A stretch of 47,526 nt of DNA. Source: Opitutales bacterium. Lineage in GTDB: Bacteria; Verrucomicrobiota; Verrucomicrobiia; Opitutales; JABSRG01. The notes below the pieces were generated by a model. The model ran no database searches, was not told the origin of the DNA, and saw nothing but the letters and a program-made list of their open reading frames with translations. The stretch is from contig JBMYOQ010000026.1 of the NCBI GenBank assembly GCA_049599475.1, positions 1 to 47,526 of the forward strand, in the 5' to 3' direction. Shown in pieces: positions 27,395-37,170 of the stretch. Every line of letters starts with the position of its first letter. Position 1 is the first letter of the stretch. Position numbers and translations under genes: made by a program.

Positions 27395-28030
27395 TTACAT
27401 ATTCTCAAAGGCCTTCGCTCGCTTCAGCTCGGTGAGAATTTTACCCGGTTCCAAACGTTTGCGGTAATTGGGGTCAAAGTGCGCGAATCGGATTACTCCG
27501 TCGGTGCCCACCACATAAAAGGCCGGCACTGGGAGAATATTATGCGTCTCGCCGGAGTCGCCTTCGATATCTATGCCGTACTCATTTTTATATTTGGACA
27601 CGAGTGATTCCGGCACCTTAAAGGCTACGCCAAAGGCCTTCATTGCATCGGCCGAACTATCAGAAAGCAGCTTGTAATTGAGCGCGTGTTTCTTCCCTGC
27701 CTCCATATTCTTCTCAGGTCTGTCCGGGCTGATACCCACGACCTGAAAACCCATTGCCTCAATCCGCGGCATTATCTTTTGCACCGCAGATAAGTGCTTC
27801 GTGCAAAAAGGGCACCAACCGCCGCGATAGAAAATAAGGACGGTGGGTTTTTCGGAAACCAAGGTCGGCAGATCCACAGTATCTCCCTCAAGCCCGATTA
27901 ACGAAACTGCCGGGACCTGCTCTCCTTGCCCCAAGGGCTTTGCGTCCTCCGCAGCGGTCGGGACTGCGGCGGACAAAGGTATCAGGAGAAATGCGGGAAT
28001 GCTGAATAAAAGGCGTATCAAAAGAGTCAT
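27395..28030 (-). CDS. Secreted peroxiredoxin-like (AhpC/TSA) protein
   Basis: Signal peptide from ATG 28030, FYRGGWCPFC, GISPD, LLSD and LPVPAFYVV..DGVIRF. Confidence 0.9.
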   Translation of the reverse strand: MTLLIRLLFSIPAFLLIPLSAAVPTAAEDAKPLGQGEQVPAVSLIGLEGDTVDLPTLVSEKPTVLIFYRGGWCPFCTKHLSAVQKIMPRIEAMGFQVVGISPDRPEKNMEAGKKHALNYKLLSDSSADAMKAFGVAFKVPESLVSKYKNEYGIDIEGDSGETHNILPVPAFYVVGTDGVIRFAHFDPNYRKRLEPGKILTELKRAKAFENM

Positions 28031-28167
28031 TTGGGCGTGAGCCTCCGGGATAGCGATTATTCCCAAATTATTTTCAAGGAAGAATGCAGGTTCGACCCCT
28101 TTCGTTCTGGAACTTTTCTTAACAATTCTCTTACGTCCCTTGGGTCCATACAAGACGTGACCTCAGC

Positions 28168-29610
28168 ATGCCCATGAAATTCCAGAATTACGAAGTCGAT
28201 TCTTTCTTTGACGAAGCGATCCAGGCCGACGGCACACCGCGCCCACATTACCAGGCGATCCTTGATCGCCTGGATGCCTTGGACGATGAAGATTTCAAGC
28301 GCCGCCGCACCGCAGTAGATGCATCCTTCCTCCAACAAGGCGTCACCTTCACGACCTATATGGATAATGCAGAGGGCACTGAGCGAATTTTCCCATTCGA
28401 CACCATGCCCCGAGTCATCCCTGCCGATGAGTGGGCACATCTTGAGAAGGGCCTGACCCAGCGCATTGTTGCTCTGAATCTCTTTCTGCACGACATCTAC
28501 CACGACCAGAAGATCATCAAGGATGGCGTGGTCCCACCGCATCATATCCTTTCGGCGAAACACTTCCGCCGTGAGTTCATGGGCTTCAATGTCCCACAGG
28601 ACATATACATCCACATCTGCGGCACCGATCTTATCCGCGACGACAAGGGACAATATCTAGTCCTTGAGGACAACGCACGCTGCCCATCAGGTGTCTCTTA
28701 TATGCTGGAAAATCGCGCGGCGATGAAGCGCTTCTTCCCGCACTTCTTCCCGAGCGCAGGGGTCCGCCCGGTAGAAAGCTATCCGGAATCCCTTTTGGAG
28801 ATGATGCAATATGTCACTCCGAAGCCAAAGGATAACCCGACCTGCGTCCTGCTGACCCCCGGCGTCTATAATAGCGCATACTTCGAGCACTGTTTCCTCG
28901 CTCGGCAAATGGGTATCGAGATCGTTGAAGGCTCAGACTTGGTAGTCCGCGATTTCAAAGTCTACATGAAGACCACCCGCGGGCTTCATCAGGTAGATGT
29001 TATTTATCGCCGAATCGACGACGATTTCCTCGACCCGAGCGTGTTCCGTCCAGATTCCATGCTAGGTGTCCCTGGACTCGTAAATGCCGTCCGCGCCGGC
29101 AACGTAACTTTGGCCAATTCCATCGGCACCGGAGTCGCAGACGACAAGGTCATCTACTACTACGTGCCCAAGATGATTAAATACTACTTGGACGAGGAGC
29201 CCATCCTTCCAAACGTGGATACCTTCCTGCCCTCAGAGCCTGAAGATTTCCAATACGTTGTAGACAACGTCGAAAAGCTCGTGATCAAGTCTGCCAACGA
29301 AGCCGGTGGATATGGGATGATCATTGGACCGAAGGCCACTAAGGAAGAGGTCGCAAAATTCCGTGAGATGGTGAAAGCCGAGCCACGCAATTTCATAGCC
29401 CAGCCTCCTATCTCGCTCTCGCGCCACCCCACCTTTTTCGAAGATGCCGGATACGAGGGACGCCATATCGACCTTCGCCCCTACATTCTCTTCGGCAAAG
29501 ATATCAAAATTATCCCCGGCGGCCTCACGCGTGTAGCGCTCCGCAAAGGGTCACTCGTGGTCAACTCATCCCAGGGCGGCGGATCCAAAGACACTTGGGT
29601 ACTTAACTAA
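28168..29610 (+). CDS. Circularly permuted type 2 ATP-grasp protein
   Basis: [53 protein letters not shown] and [25 protein letters not shown]. Confidence 0.93.
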   Translation: MPMKFQNYEVDSFFDEAIQADGTPRPHYQAILDRLDALDDEDFKRRRTAVDASFLQQGVTFTTYMDNAEGTERIFPFDTMPRVIPADEWAHLEKGLTQRIVALNLFLHDIYHDQKIIKDGVVPPHHILSAKHFRREFMGFNVPQDIYIHICGTDLIRDDKGQYLVLEDNARCPSGVSYMLENRAAMKRFFPHFFPSAGVRPVESYPESLLEMMQYVTPKPKDNPTCVLLTPGVYNSAYFEHCFLARQMGIEIVEGSDLVVRDFKVYMKTTRGLHQVDVIYRRIDDDFLDPSVFRPDSMLGVPGLVNAVRAGNVTLANSIGTGVADDKVIYYYVPKMIKYYLDEEPILPNVDTFLPSEPEDFQYVVDNVEKLVIKSANEAGGYGMIIGPKATKEEVAKFREMVKAEPRNFIAQPPISLSRHPTFFEDAGYEGRHIDLRPYILFGKDIKIIPGGLTRVALRKGSLVVNSSQGGGSKDTWVLN

Positions 29611-29636
29611 TTTCCTGATCTCCTAATTTTCGAAAA

Positions 29637-30641
29637 ATGCTATCACGCGTTGCAGACTCTCTTTTCTGGATGGGCCGCTACATCGAGCGCGCCGACAACA
29701 TGGCACGCCTCTTGGATGTTAACCTCGAGATCCTCCTCGATTTCGCACACATCGACGATGCCAAGATCAAGGAACACTGGGATCCGATTTTACGCTCCGT
29801 CGGACGCCTTGAGCAATTCGAAGAATTGTATGAGGAGGCCAACAGCGCCACCGTTACCGAATTCCTCACATTTAATCGCAAGAATCCGGAGTCCATCGTA
29901 TCCTGCCTTTTCTCCGCCCGCGAGAACGCCCGCATGATCCGCGACCAAATCTCCGCTGAGTTGTGGGAAGCTCTGAATGAGATGTATCTCTTCCTCAAAT
30001 CAGGCTCCGCTAAGAAGACCTGGGACGAAGGCACTTACGCATTTTACCGTCGCGTTCTCAATGAGTCTTACTTGGTTCAAGGCCTGATGCAGGCAACCAT
30101 GCCTCAGGATGACCGATACGCCTTTGTCATGCTCGGCCGCCTCCTCGAGCGCGCACAAAAGACAACGGAAATTATCGATACAAAATACCACATCCTACTT
30201 CCAAAAGTCGGAGATGTGGGAGGCGCGGTGGATGCGGTGCAATGGGCTGCCGTCTTGAAGTCTTGCAGCGCCTACGATGCCTACCATCAAAGTTTTGTAA
30301 CGGTCCCCGAGCCACGCAAAATTGCAAAGCTACTGGTGCTCTCCTACGATTTCCCGAGGTCCGTTCATTACTGTGTATCCAGAATTCTAGGCATTCTTAG
30401 CAGACTACACGGTGGAGATGTGGACAACACCGCTGGCCTTCCCGAAGTCCAAGCCCTTGTAAATCAACTCCAGCAAGCCGACACCGAATACATTATCCAA
30501 TACGGCCTGCACGAGTACCTGCTTGATCTGCAGAAAATGCTCCGCGAAATCAGTGATACCCTTTTCACTGCCTACCTATTTCGTGAACCCGTAGATATGG
30601 AGGGCGAAATCGCCATTCAGCAGCAACAGCAGCAACAGTAG
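29637..30641 (+). CDS. Alpha-E domain protein
   Basis: MLSRVADSLFWMGRYIERA, ARENAR.IRDQIS.ELWE.LN, LGRLLERA and FPRSV; ends in Q7. Confidence 0.93.
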   Translation: MLSRVADSLFWMGRYIERADNMARLLDVNLEILLDFAHIDDAKIKEHWDPILRSVGRLEQFEELYEEANSATVTEFLTFNRKNPESIVSCLFSARENARMIRDQISAELWEALNEMYLFLKSGSAKKTWDEGTYAFYRRVLNESYLVQGLMQATMPQDDRYAFVMLGRLLERAQKTTEIIDTKYHILLPKVGDVGGAVDAVQWAAVLKSCSAYDAYHQSFVTVPEPRKIAKLLVLSYDFPRSVHYCVSRILGILSRLHGGDVDNTAGLPEVQALVNQLQQADTEYIIQYGLHEYLLDLQKMLREISDTLFTAYLFREPVDMEGEIAIQQQQQQQ

Positions 30642-30648
30642 CGCTCAG

Positions 30649-30993
30649 ATGCTTCCAGTAATCCTCTCGTGGCTTGGCTCCGTAGTTGCAGCCATAGCCG
30701 GTGTATTTCTCCTCAAAGGAACCCGCGAGTCTCAATTGGCCCGATACCTTGCAGCCACAGGGACGATCCTCCCATTAATTGGAGCAATCGCGGCAGGTCC
30801 AAATTCAAAAGTATTCAGTATCCTCTTACCAGTAGGCCTCATCGTAACAGCAGCCGGCGGACTCCTCTACTCAAACATTGAAGCTGAAGATAAAAACGCC
30901 AAACGCATCTACGCCGCAGCCATTGTAGCAATAGCGGGATTCAGCATTGTAGGCTGGGCTCTGGTGCTCGCAAAGAAACACGGGCTGATTTAA
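30649..30993 (+). CDS. Small four-TM membrane protein
   Basis: 114 aa with four hydrophobic segments; starts 7 bp after the alpha-E stop. Confidence 0.7.
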   Translation: MLPVILSWLGSVVAAIAGVFLLKGTRESQLARYLAATGTILPLIGAIAAGPNSKVFSILLPVGLIVTAAGGLLYSNIEAEDKNAKRIYAAAIVAIAGFSIVGWALVLAKKHGLI

Positions 30994-31114
30994 GAGATCC
31001 CAAATACGGAAATTGGAAAAAGGTAGCCGATCTCCCGTTCGACTTCCCTCATAGCTTCGAGTCTATCGAGACGGCGAGCGGAGGCGAATGGCTATGCTAT
31101 TTCGCGCTTGCTGT

Positions 31115-31141
31115 GCCGCCGCTCGGAGAGCGGCGGCGACC
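31115..31141. repeat. REP-like GC-rich hairpin between convergent genes
   Basis: GCCGCCGCTC-GGA-GAGCGGCGGC-GACC (perfect 10-bp stem); a partial related copy GGTAGCCGATCTCC starts at 31022. Confidence 0.6.
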
Positions 31142-31150
31142 AAACGAATT

Positions 31151-31693
31151 TTAGTTCGCTGAAACTGCTCCGCTCTCTGGTCCAGCAGGCTTAACTGTTA
31201 GCACTCCCTGCATGATTGCCGCATGTCCTGGGAAGGTGCAAACGTATGGGTATTCCCCAGGAGCTCCAGCGGTGAAATAGACGACCGCTTCTTCCTTAGG
31301 GCCTAGAATCTTAGTAGACGCCAAAACGAGCGATGCATTCGGCTCACGAGTCGGGACGTAGTTGTCAGTCATGTAGGTCGCTGCATCCACAGCAAACTCC
31401 GCAATATCAGTCCCAGGAGCTAAAAGAACCCAATTGTGCCCCATCGCCGACTTTGGAATATTGCCAATATTTTTGAAAACAAGCTTCACGCGCTGGCCCT
31501 CGACAGCCTCCAGCTTGTTGATATCGAACATCATGTTGTCCATGCCAGATACCACGAGTTCTATGTCGTGAGGTTCATCCGGAACTGCCGCGACCGCTGG
31601 TTCCGCTGATGCCTCGGATTTGGGCTCACTCGAGCAAGATGAAAAAATGAGAGATGCTGTTACAGCCAGGAGAGAGAGAAGCTTAATTTTCAT
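31151..31693 (-). CDS. Azurin/auracyanin-like blue copper lipoprotein
   Basis: Lipobox-like FSSC; type-1 copper ligands MGHNWV and YVCTFPGH...M. Confidence 0.9.
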   Translation of the reverse strand: MKIKLLSLLAVTASLIFSSCSSEPKSEASAEPAVAAVPDEPHDIELVVSGMDNMMFDINKLEAVEGQRVKLVFKNIGNIPKSAMGHNWVLLAPGTDIAEFAVDAATYMTDNYVPTREPNASLVLASTKILGPKEEAVVYFTAGAPGEYPYVCTFPGHAAIMQGVLTVKPAGPESGAVSAN

Positions 31694-31758
31694 AGGTCGA
31701 CACGCTAGCCCTCCCATTCCCTATCGCAAGCATCGCTCGCAGTTATCTCAATTTATCA

Positions 31759-32460
31759 CTATCTCCGCTTTCTGGAAGATGAATGCCGCCACTCTCGCTT
31801 CGTCTGCAAGCTTCTAGGGTTACTGTACTCCATGACTTCATTGTTCCCATCATAGATCTTCAGCCAAATCCCCAGATCGTCGTCCTCATACTCGTTTCTT
31901 TCGCGATGCCACCAATAGCCCGCGTGGAGATACTCTCTGTTTAAATTGTATTGCACGGTTTTGAATGTGTAGTCTCCGCCTGGGTCTTCTTCTCTGATAG
32001 AATACTCTCCTGTAACCACATCTTCATGGTCTTCGTCACTATCACGCTCGATGAAAATCATATATTTCACCACGAGACCATCCAAAGAAAGATCGCGCGG
32101 CCGCCTAAAGCGCACCCGCTTTTCATAATGAGAGACTTCGCGACTCGAGCCCTCGTAATTTTGGACATTTTTGCTCTCCCTATTAGTCGAGACAGAGATG
32201 TGAACCTGGTCTATCCGCGATAGATCATAGGCACGCTTGAGCGAGCTGAGAAGCTTCTGACTCCTCGAAGATAGCATTTCGGATTTTATATCAAAACGCT
32301 GCCCATCCTCGCGAACGATCACCGCCCCAGAGTCGGTAAAACGCAGAATCTCAGCCCTGATCGTCCGACCATCTGCGGATTCGAAATCGTGAAACGAAGC
32401 GGAAGCGACTCCTGAAAAGAATAGAGCCACCAAAAGAATAGGTATAGATCGAGAAAACAT
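31759..32460 (-). CDS. Secreted protein with SHD1-like N-terminal domain
   Basis: Signal peptide from ATG 32460, then FESADGRTIRAEI..IVREDG..LSSRSQ. Confidence 0.7.
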   Translation of the reverse strand: MFSRSIPILLVALFFSGVASASFHDFESADGRTIRAEILRFTDSGAVIVREDGQRFDIKSEMLSSRSQKLLSSLKRAYDLSRIDQVHISVSTNRESKNVQNYEGSSREVSHYEKRVRFRRPRDLSLDGLVVKYMIFIERDSDEDHEDVVTGEYSIREEDPGGDYTFKTVQYNLNREYLHAGYWWHRERNEYEDDDLGIWLKIYDGNNEVMEYSNPRSLQTKREWRHSSSRKRR

Positions 32461-32691
32461 TAGATGATGGGCCAGGATTATAGACGGTGATACCAAGCGA
32501 TAGAGACATGGATTTCTGCTAAAATATAAAGTTCCATCCAAATTGTTTCCTATCAGGCAATAACTTTTCCGGTGAACATTCACTGAGTCTCTTAATCGAA
32601 CAATAATTAGGTTTTCCGCAGTGGAGGAGCTTGAATCAGAATCCCCTGAATTGGCTACACTTAACTATTCTAGCAATCATGAGAACAATTT

Positions 32692-33207
32692 TTACCACAT
32701 ACTTTTACTAGAGATAGTTAGACCAATCTCTGGATCCGCATTATTTAACTTCAAACTTTTAAGACCGTCAATTTCAGAGGGATCATCGATTGGAATAAAC
32801 TTAGCAGACCAGCCGCCATAGGACATCCCTCCAACAAAATAAGCAGCGCCTCGGTCCATCTCATATTCTAGATAATATTCTTTCCCCGCTTTCACATGAT
32901 ACCACAACGACGCTTCAGGAAACTGATCTAGCGTATCCAGATCTCCTATGCTGGCTCTAATCCTATATCCTCCAGGTCGCAAATATAAGGCCAAATAACT
33001 TTTCCCAACCAGTGTGCCCACCGGCTTGGTATTAACAAAGATATCAGCCGCCATACCGCTTCCAACGAGTTTGTTTTCTCTGACGATGTAGAGAACCGCA
33101 TAATTGTCCCCCACGGGTTGAGGAGCAAACAGAGTCCCTGGCCCCGAAACACGCAGGCAACCAGGAAATATAAGAACCAACAACACCAAACAGTATACAA
33201 CTTTCAT
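32692..33207 (-). CDS. DUF2846-like lipoprotein
   Basis: Lipobox-like FPGC, AVLYIVR, IFVNTKPVGTL, L.PGGYRI and VKAGKEYY. Confidence 0.7.
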   Translation of the reverse strand: MKVVYCLVLLVLIFPGCLRVSGPGTLFAPQPVGDNYAVLYIVRENKLVGSGMAADIFVNTKPVGTLVGKSYLALYLRPGGYRIRASIGDLDTLDQFPEASLWYHVKAGKEYYLEYEMDRGAAYFVGGMSYGGWSAKFIPIDDPSEIDGLKSLKLNNADPEIGLTISSKSMW

Positions 33208-33342
33208 ACTGAATTACGGGAGCGCAGCCGAGCTTTCATGGCAAGCACATTACTAAAACCACTCCTTTAGTTTCCACCGGAAAAACGGAGGATTCTAGCA
33301 ATCGCGGCATTCCAACTAATTCCACCGCAAACATTCTCGACT

Positions 33343-33738
33343 CTACTCAGAAATTCTCTTTCGCAGATCGACCTTCAATTCACCCATTCGACCCAAGCGG
33401 GAGCCGTATATCTCGAAATCTTCTTGAAGGTTCAAAATGAGCATGGGTTGATTCGATCCAGAAGCCTCTGTCTGAATTTCCTCATACCCACGTTCCAAAC
33501 ATATTTCGTGTTGTCGGCGCAATAGCGCACGCGCAACCCCTTTTCTTCGATTCCCTGAGACGACCCCTCCCAACCAGCTAAAGAACACTCCCTTATAACG
33601 CACATAGCCAATTTTAAATCCGATGAGGACATCACCACTGTAAGCAAGCAGCACCAGAAGGTCCTTCTTCTCATTGAGGCGCTCTAGGAAATCTTCTGGA
33701 GGCAGATTGCCATAGGCCTCTTCAAACACAGGACTCAA
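33343..33738 (-). CDS. GNAT family N-acetyltransferase (5' end interrupted; see findings)
   Basis: IGFKIGY, FFSWLGGV, acetyl-CoA motif RRKGVA and N.PMLILNL..F. Confidence 0.8.
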   Translation of the reverse strand: MSPVFEEAYGNLPPEDFLERLNEKKDLLVLLAYSGDVLIGFKIGYVRYKGVFFSWLGGVVSGNRRKGVARALLRRQHEICLERGYEEIQTEASGSNQPMLILNLQEDFEIYGSRLGRMGELKVDLRKRISE

Positions 33739-33837
33739 ACAAGCAGCTTCCTCCGCGTTTATAAATCTGTGTATTTCTTATATTTCCATTATCCCAAACA
33801 AGCGGCAGGTTGGATCGCTACTGGAGGATGGCAGCCG

Positions 33838-34845
33838 CTATTTATTCTTGAACCAGGCAACTGTCCGCTTCAGCCCCTCTTCAGTCGAAACTTTGGGAAT
33901 ATACCCTAAATCTCGTTGGGCAGCCGATATATCAAAATAATGATCTTTGCCTAGTTCCGTAGCGACAAAACGAGTCATAGGTGGTTCGCCAGAAAGCTTC
34001 AGTTTACGCCATATAAATTCGCAAATGCTTCCTATTTTGTAGGCAGCTGTCAGGGAAATTTTCTTACGTAACGGCGGCATATCCAAACACTCAAAGAGGC
34101 CATTGATCCAATCCCAAAGATTCACAGGCTCCCCTTGCGAAATAAAATACGGCTTCCCTCCCGCCTTGCCTTGCTGAAGAGCCGAGAGAGCATTGAGGTG
34201 AGCAGCTGCGACATTGTCGATATAACTGATATCCACTTTGTTTGCCCCATCTCCCACAATTCTTAAACGCCCCGACTGAGCACGGTCTACTAGACGCGGG
34301 ACAATGTGAGGATCTCCGGGTCCCCAGATCAAATGCGGGCGCAGTGCGCAGACGGCGAGGCGTCCCGGTTCATTAGCCCCCAAAGTCTCTTTCTCAGCTG
34401 TGGCCTTGCTCTCCGCGTAGCTGCAGAGCCAGTTGCGACCATAGGGCAGGCTCTCCCCTTCGCCCCGGAAGGGTTCACCCGAGAAGACGACACTGGGCGT
34501 GCTTGTGTATACGAGATATGGAACATTTGCTTTGCGGCAGGCAACGACGACATTGCGCGAAGCGACAACATTCGCTTTAAAATACTCTTCTTCGGGTCCC
34601 CAAACACCTGCTTTGGCCGCAATATGAAACACTGCATGGGTTCCATAAAACGCCTCTTCAATCGGCTCAAGCGGGCCCGACAAATCGCAAGAGATGGATG
34701 AGACACGATCTTTCTCATTTAAATCTTCGTATACGGAGCGCGAAAGCGAAACCACCTGGCATTCTGGATACGTTTCGAGCAATTGAGCAATCACAGCTCT
34801 CCCCACAAAACCACCGCCACCGGTTACTATAAATTTCTTATTCAT
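33838..34845 (-). CDS. oleD: OleD-like 2-alkyl-3-oxoalkanoate reductase (3-beta-HSD/extended SDR)
   Basis: VTGGGGFVG, FHIAAKAGVWG, YTSTPSVV, YAESK, ALRPHLIWGPGD, YIDN.A.AH and GEPPMTRF; next to oleC. Confidence 0.75.
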   Translation of the reverse strand: MNKKFIVTGGGGFVGRAVIAQLLETYPECQVVSLSRSVYEDLNEKDRVSSISCDLSGPLEPIEEAFYGTHAVFHIAAKAGVWGPEEEYFKANVVASRNVVVACRKANVPYLVYTSTPSVVFSGEPFRGEGESLPYGRNWLCSYAESKATAEKETLGANEPGRLAVCALRPHLIWGPGDPHIVPRLVDRAQSGRLRIVGDGANKVDISYIDNVAAAHLNALSALQQGKAGGKPYFISQGEPVNLWDWINGLFECLDMPPLRKKISLTAAYKIGSICEFIWRKLKLSGEPPMTRFVATELGKDHYFDISAAQRDLGYIPKVSTEEGLKRTVAWFKNK

Positions 34846-35079
34846 TAAAATGCTTATGGATTCTTTTTAACCAATGGAGATAGAGCGTTCGCAGATCGCA
34901 AAGTTGTGGAGCAGTTTTCGCAGGACATCATGCTCGTTCCATTACATAGTCCAAGCATCAAGGGCGCAAGACTGTGATCGCGTAGGTTTATGACTATCAA
35001 TGCTCTTCGTGTTATCGTTGATTTCTTTTCTAAGGGACAATCAGGCAGTCAGATGCCACCTTTCATTTCCTGATTCCAA

Positions 35080-36732
35080 TTATAATTTCGTGAACTTTCG
35101 CGCCAGCGTAAGCCTATGGATTTTAGCGTTATGTCGTACATCCACCGGGAATCTCTTTTCGAAGAATACCTTTCGGATGTTTTGAGTATGTGCATGTTGT
35201 GAGAGCTTTTCTAATACATTTTTGGTAAATGTATGCTTATCAGCCTCTGATTTTGGCCAAGCCCTTTCCTCGGGCTCAATGACAATCGCCGGAGTCTGGT
35301 TAGGAGCCTTGCCTAGTCCAATCAGCGCAGAACGATACACACCGGGCACCTGATTAGCGATGGCTTCACAGGGATCGGTATACATAATATTACCTGGCTG
35401 AGTCTCAACGCGCTCCGCCATGCGACCGCAGAACCATATCTCACCCTGCTCATCGAGATAAGCCATATCACCCATGCGGTGCCAGAGCGGCCCACCGTCG
35501 GGATCTTTTATTTTGGCTTTCGCAGTAGCTTCAGGCAAAGCATTGTATCGCTGAGTCACTACAGGACCGCGAACGCACAGTTCACCAATTTCTCCAACTG
35601 CGACTTCGGGCATACCATCCATCGAACGAACAGGAGATGCATTGAGCGGGATGATCCGCGTATCAATTTCTTTGAATGCTCTACCGACACAGGTACCGGC
35701 GCCCCGTTCGGTTTTACTCCAAGTATCCGACAAAACGCGCTTCGCGGAAATCGTCGATACCGGAAGAGACTCTGTTGCTCCGTAGGGCGTATGAATCTCA
35801 CCATTTGACAGAATGCTTTCAAACATACGCATGATTGCTGGAGACACCGGAGCGCCCGCCATAAGGATCCGCTTGATGCTTGGGAGCTGGATATGGTTCT
35901 CTGTGCAATAGCGCCCAATCTTCGTCCAAAGCACAGGCGACCCAAAGGAACTAGTCACCTCATTCTGGCGAATTGCCTGGACGATTTTTGCGGGATCAAC
36001 CGTCGCAGGGCGGCTCGGGTTCATTTCAGGTACGACGGTGGTCATACCCATTGCCGGATTGAAGAGCGCGAAAATCGGAAGCATCGGCAAATCCACCTCA
36101 CCGGGTTGGATATCATATTCCCCACGGATCATTTCCACCTGCGCCTCGAACATGGAGTGTTCGTAACACACACCCTTTGGCGCGCCGGTAGACCCTGAGG
36201 TAAACAGCACCGCTGCAAGGTCGCTCGCTTGAGTCAATGCCGGATCTGCTGGATCACTCGGCATACCTTCGAGGATTTTCTGAAATTTAGCGCCCTTTGG
36301 CACCTTGGCAGTGTGTTGAATCGACGCGAATGGTTTGCGAAAAACCGTTTTGACTGCATGCGCTAACGGAATCCCCACCAATGCTTCCGGCTGGGTGGTG
36401 CGCACGCAGTTCAGGAAATTTTTCAAGCCCATACCAGGATCGATCACCACGGGCACAGCTCCCATGCGAAAAAGTGCAAAGCACAATTGAATCAGCTCCA
36501 GACCTGGCTTCACCATCAAAAGTGTGAGCGTACCTTGCCGGATACCTCTTCCGCGGAGCCAATGCACCGCGCGATCAACATCCTCCGATAGTTCCTTGAA
36601 GCTTAGATTCTGGTAGATGATCGCACCATCAGACCCACGCCCTTGCGGAATTGCGAGAGCCCGGTGATCGGGGACCTTGGCTGCTGCCTCGGGCAGAAAT
36701 CGGGATACGTTGACAAAGCGATCTTGGCGCAC
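35080..36732 (-). CDS. oleC: OleC-like olefin beta-lactone synthetase (AMP-dependent ligase)
   Basis: IDPGMG, FTSGSTGAPKG, DLPMLPIFALFNPAMG, TPYGATESLP, WHRMGD, WFCGR and the OleC-type C-terminus FPVDVRHNAKI. Start GTG 36732 is a best guess. Confidence 0.8.
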   Translation of the reverse strand: MRQDRFVNVSRFLPEAAAKVPDHRALAIPQGRGSDGAIIYQNLSFKELSEDVDRAVHWLRGRGIRQGTLTLLMVKPGLELIQLCFALFRMGAVPVVIDPGMGLKNFLNCVRTTQPEALVGIPLAHAVKTVFRKPFASIQHTAKVPKGAKFQKILEGMPSDPADPALTQASDLAAVLFTSGSTGAPKGVCYEHSMFEAQVEMIRGEYDIQPGEVDLPMLPIFALFNPAMGMTTVVPEMNPSRPATVDPAKIVQAIRQNEVTSSFGSPVLWTKIGRYCTENHIQLPSIKRILMAGAPVSPAIMRMFESILSNGEIHTPYGATESLPVSTISAKRVLSDTWSKTERGAGTCVGRAFKEIDTRIIPLNASPVRSMDGMPEVAVGEIGELCVRGPVVTQRYNALPEATAKAKIKDPDGGPLWHRMGDMAYLDEQGEIWFCGRMAERVETQPGNIMYTDPCEAIANQVPGVYRSALIGLGKAPNQTPAIVIEPEERAWPKSEADKHTFTKNVLEKLSQHAHTQNIRKVFFEKRFPVDVRHNAKIHRLTLARKFTKL

Positions 36733-36769
36733 GCAAGAAAAGCAGCCCGCCGCTTCGTGCCTGGGCAAG

Positions 36770-36804
36770 AAAAAACTCCGTGACTTGCAAAGTCCACGGA
36801 GTTT
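36770..36804 (-). terminator. Probable Rho-independent terminator of the small lipoprotein gene
   Basis: A6-CTCCGTG-ACTT.GCA.AAGT-C-CACGGAG-TTT. Confidence 0.7.
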
Positions 36805-36828
36805 GAAATGAAAGAAATCGACTAGATT

Positions 36829-37089
36829 CTAGTCTTCGAGAGTGATGAGGCCCCAGAAGAGCTTCACGCGATCACCTGAAAAATTGTCGCGTGGAACCAA
36901 TTCTTCAGAACTCACAGCGAAAGTATTTTTAGTGGTGGGAGAGAAAGTTCCACTTTCATATTCAACGAGTCCGAGAAAGCTGCTTGATTCAGGGACTTTG
37001 TATGCCTGTTTGCTGCTTTTGAAGCATCCAGTAGACAGTGATGAAAAGAGAACCAGGGCAGTAATGGAGGCAACCGTTTTAATCTTCAT
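36829..37089 (-). CDS. Small lipoprotein
   Basis: MKIK, a hydrophobic core and the lipobox-like LSTGC; 86 aa; terminator follows. Confidence 0.8.
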   Translation of the reverse strand: MKIKTVASITALVLFSSLSTGCFKSSKQAYKVPESSSFLGLVEYESGTFSPTTKNTFAVSSEELVPRDNFSGDRVKLFWGLITLED

Positions 37090-37170
37090 AGCTTTGGGGT
37101 TAGAGTAAAATTGTGATGAGAGAGCGCCATCCTAAATTTTGCAACAGGATTCCGCTTATTTTTAAAGATA

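Noticed and set aside
33239..33253. Sigma-54-like TGGCAAGCACATTAC
   Set aside because: The -12 element is imperfect and it points along the plus strand, where no gene follows.
34846..35079. Gap between oleC and oleD as a hidden small gene
   Set aside because: The short CxxC-containing minus-strand frame is not continuous with oleD (in-frame TAA at 34867-34869) and has no other support.
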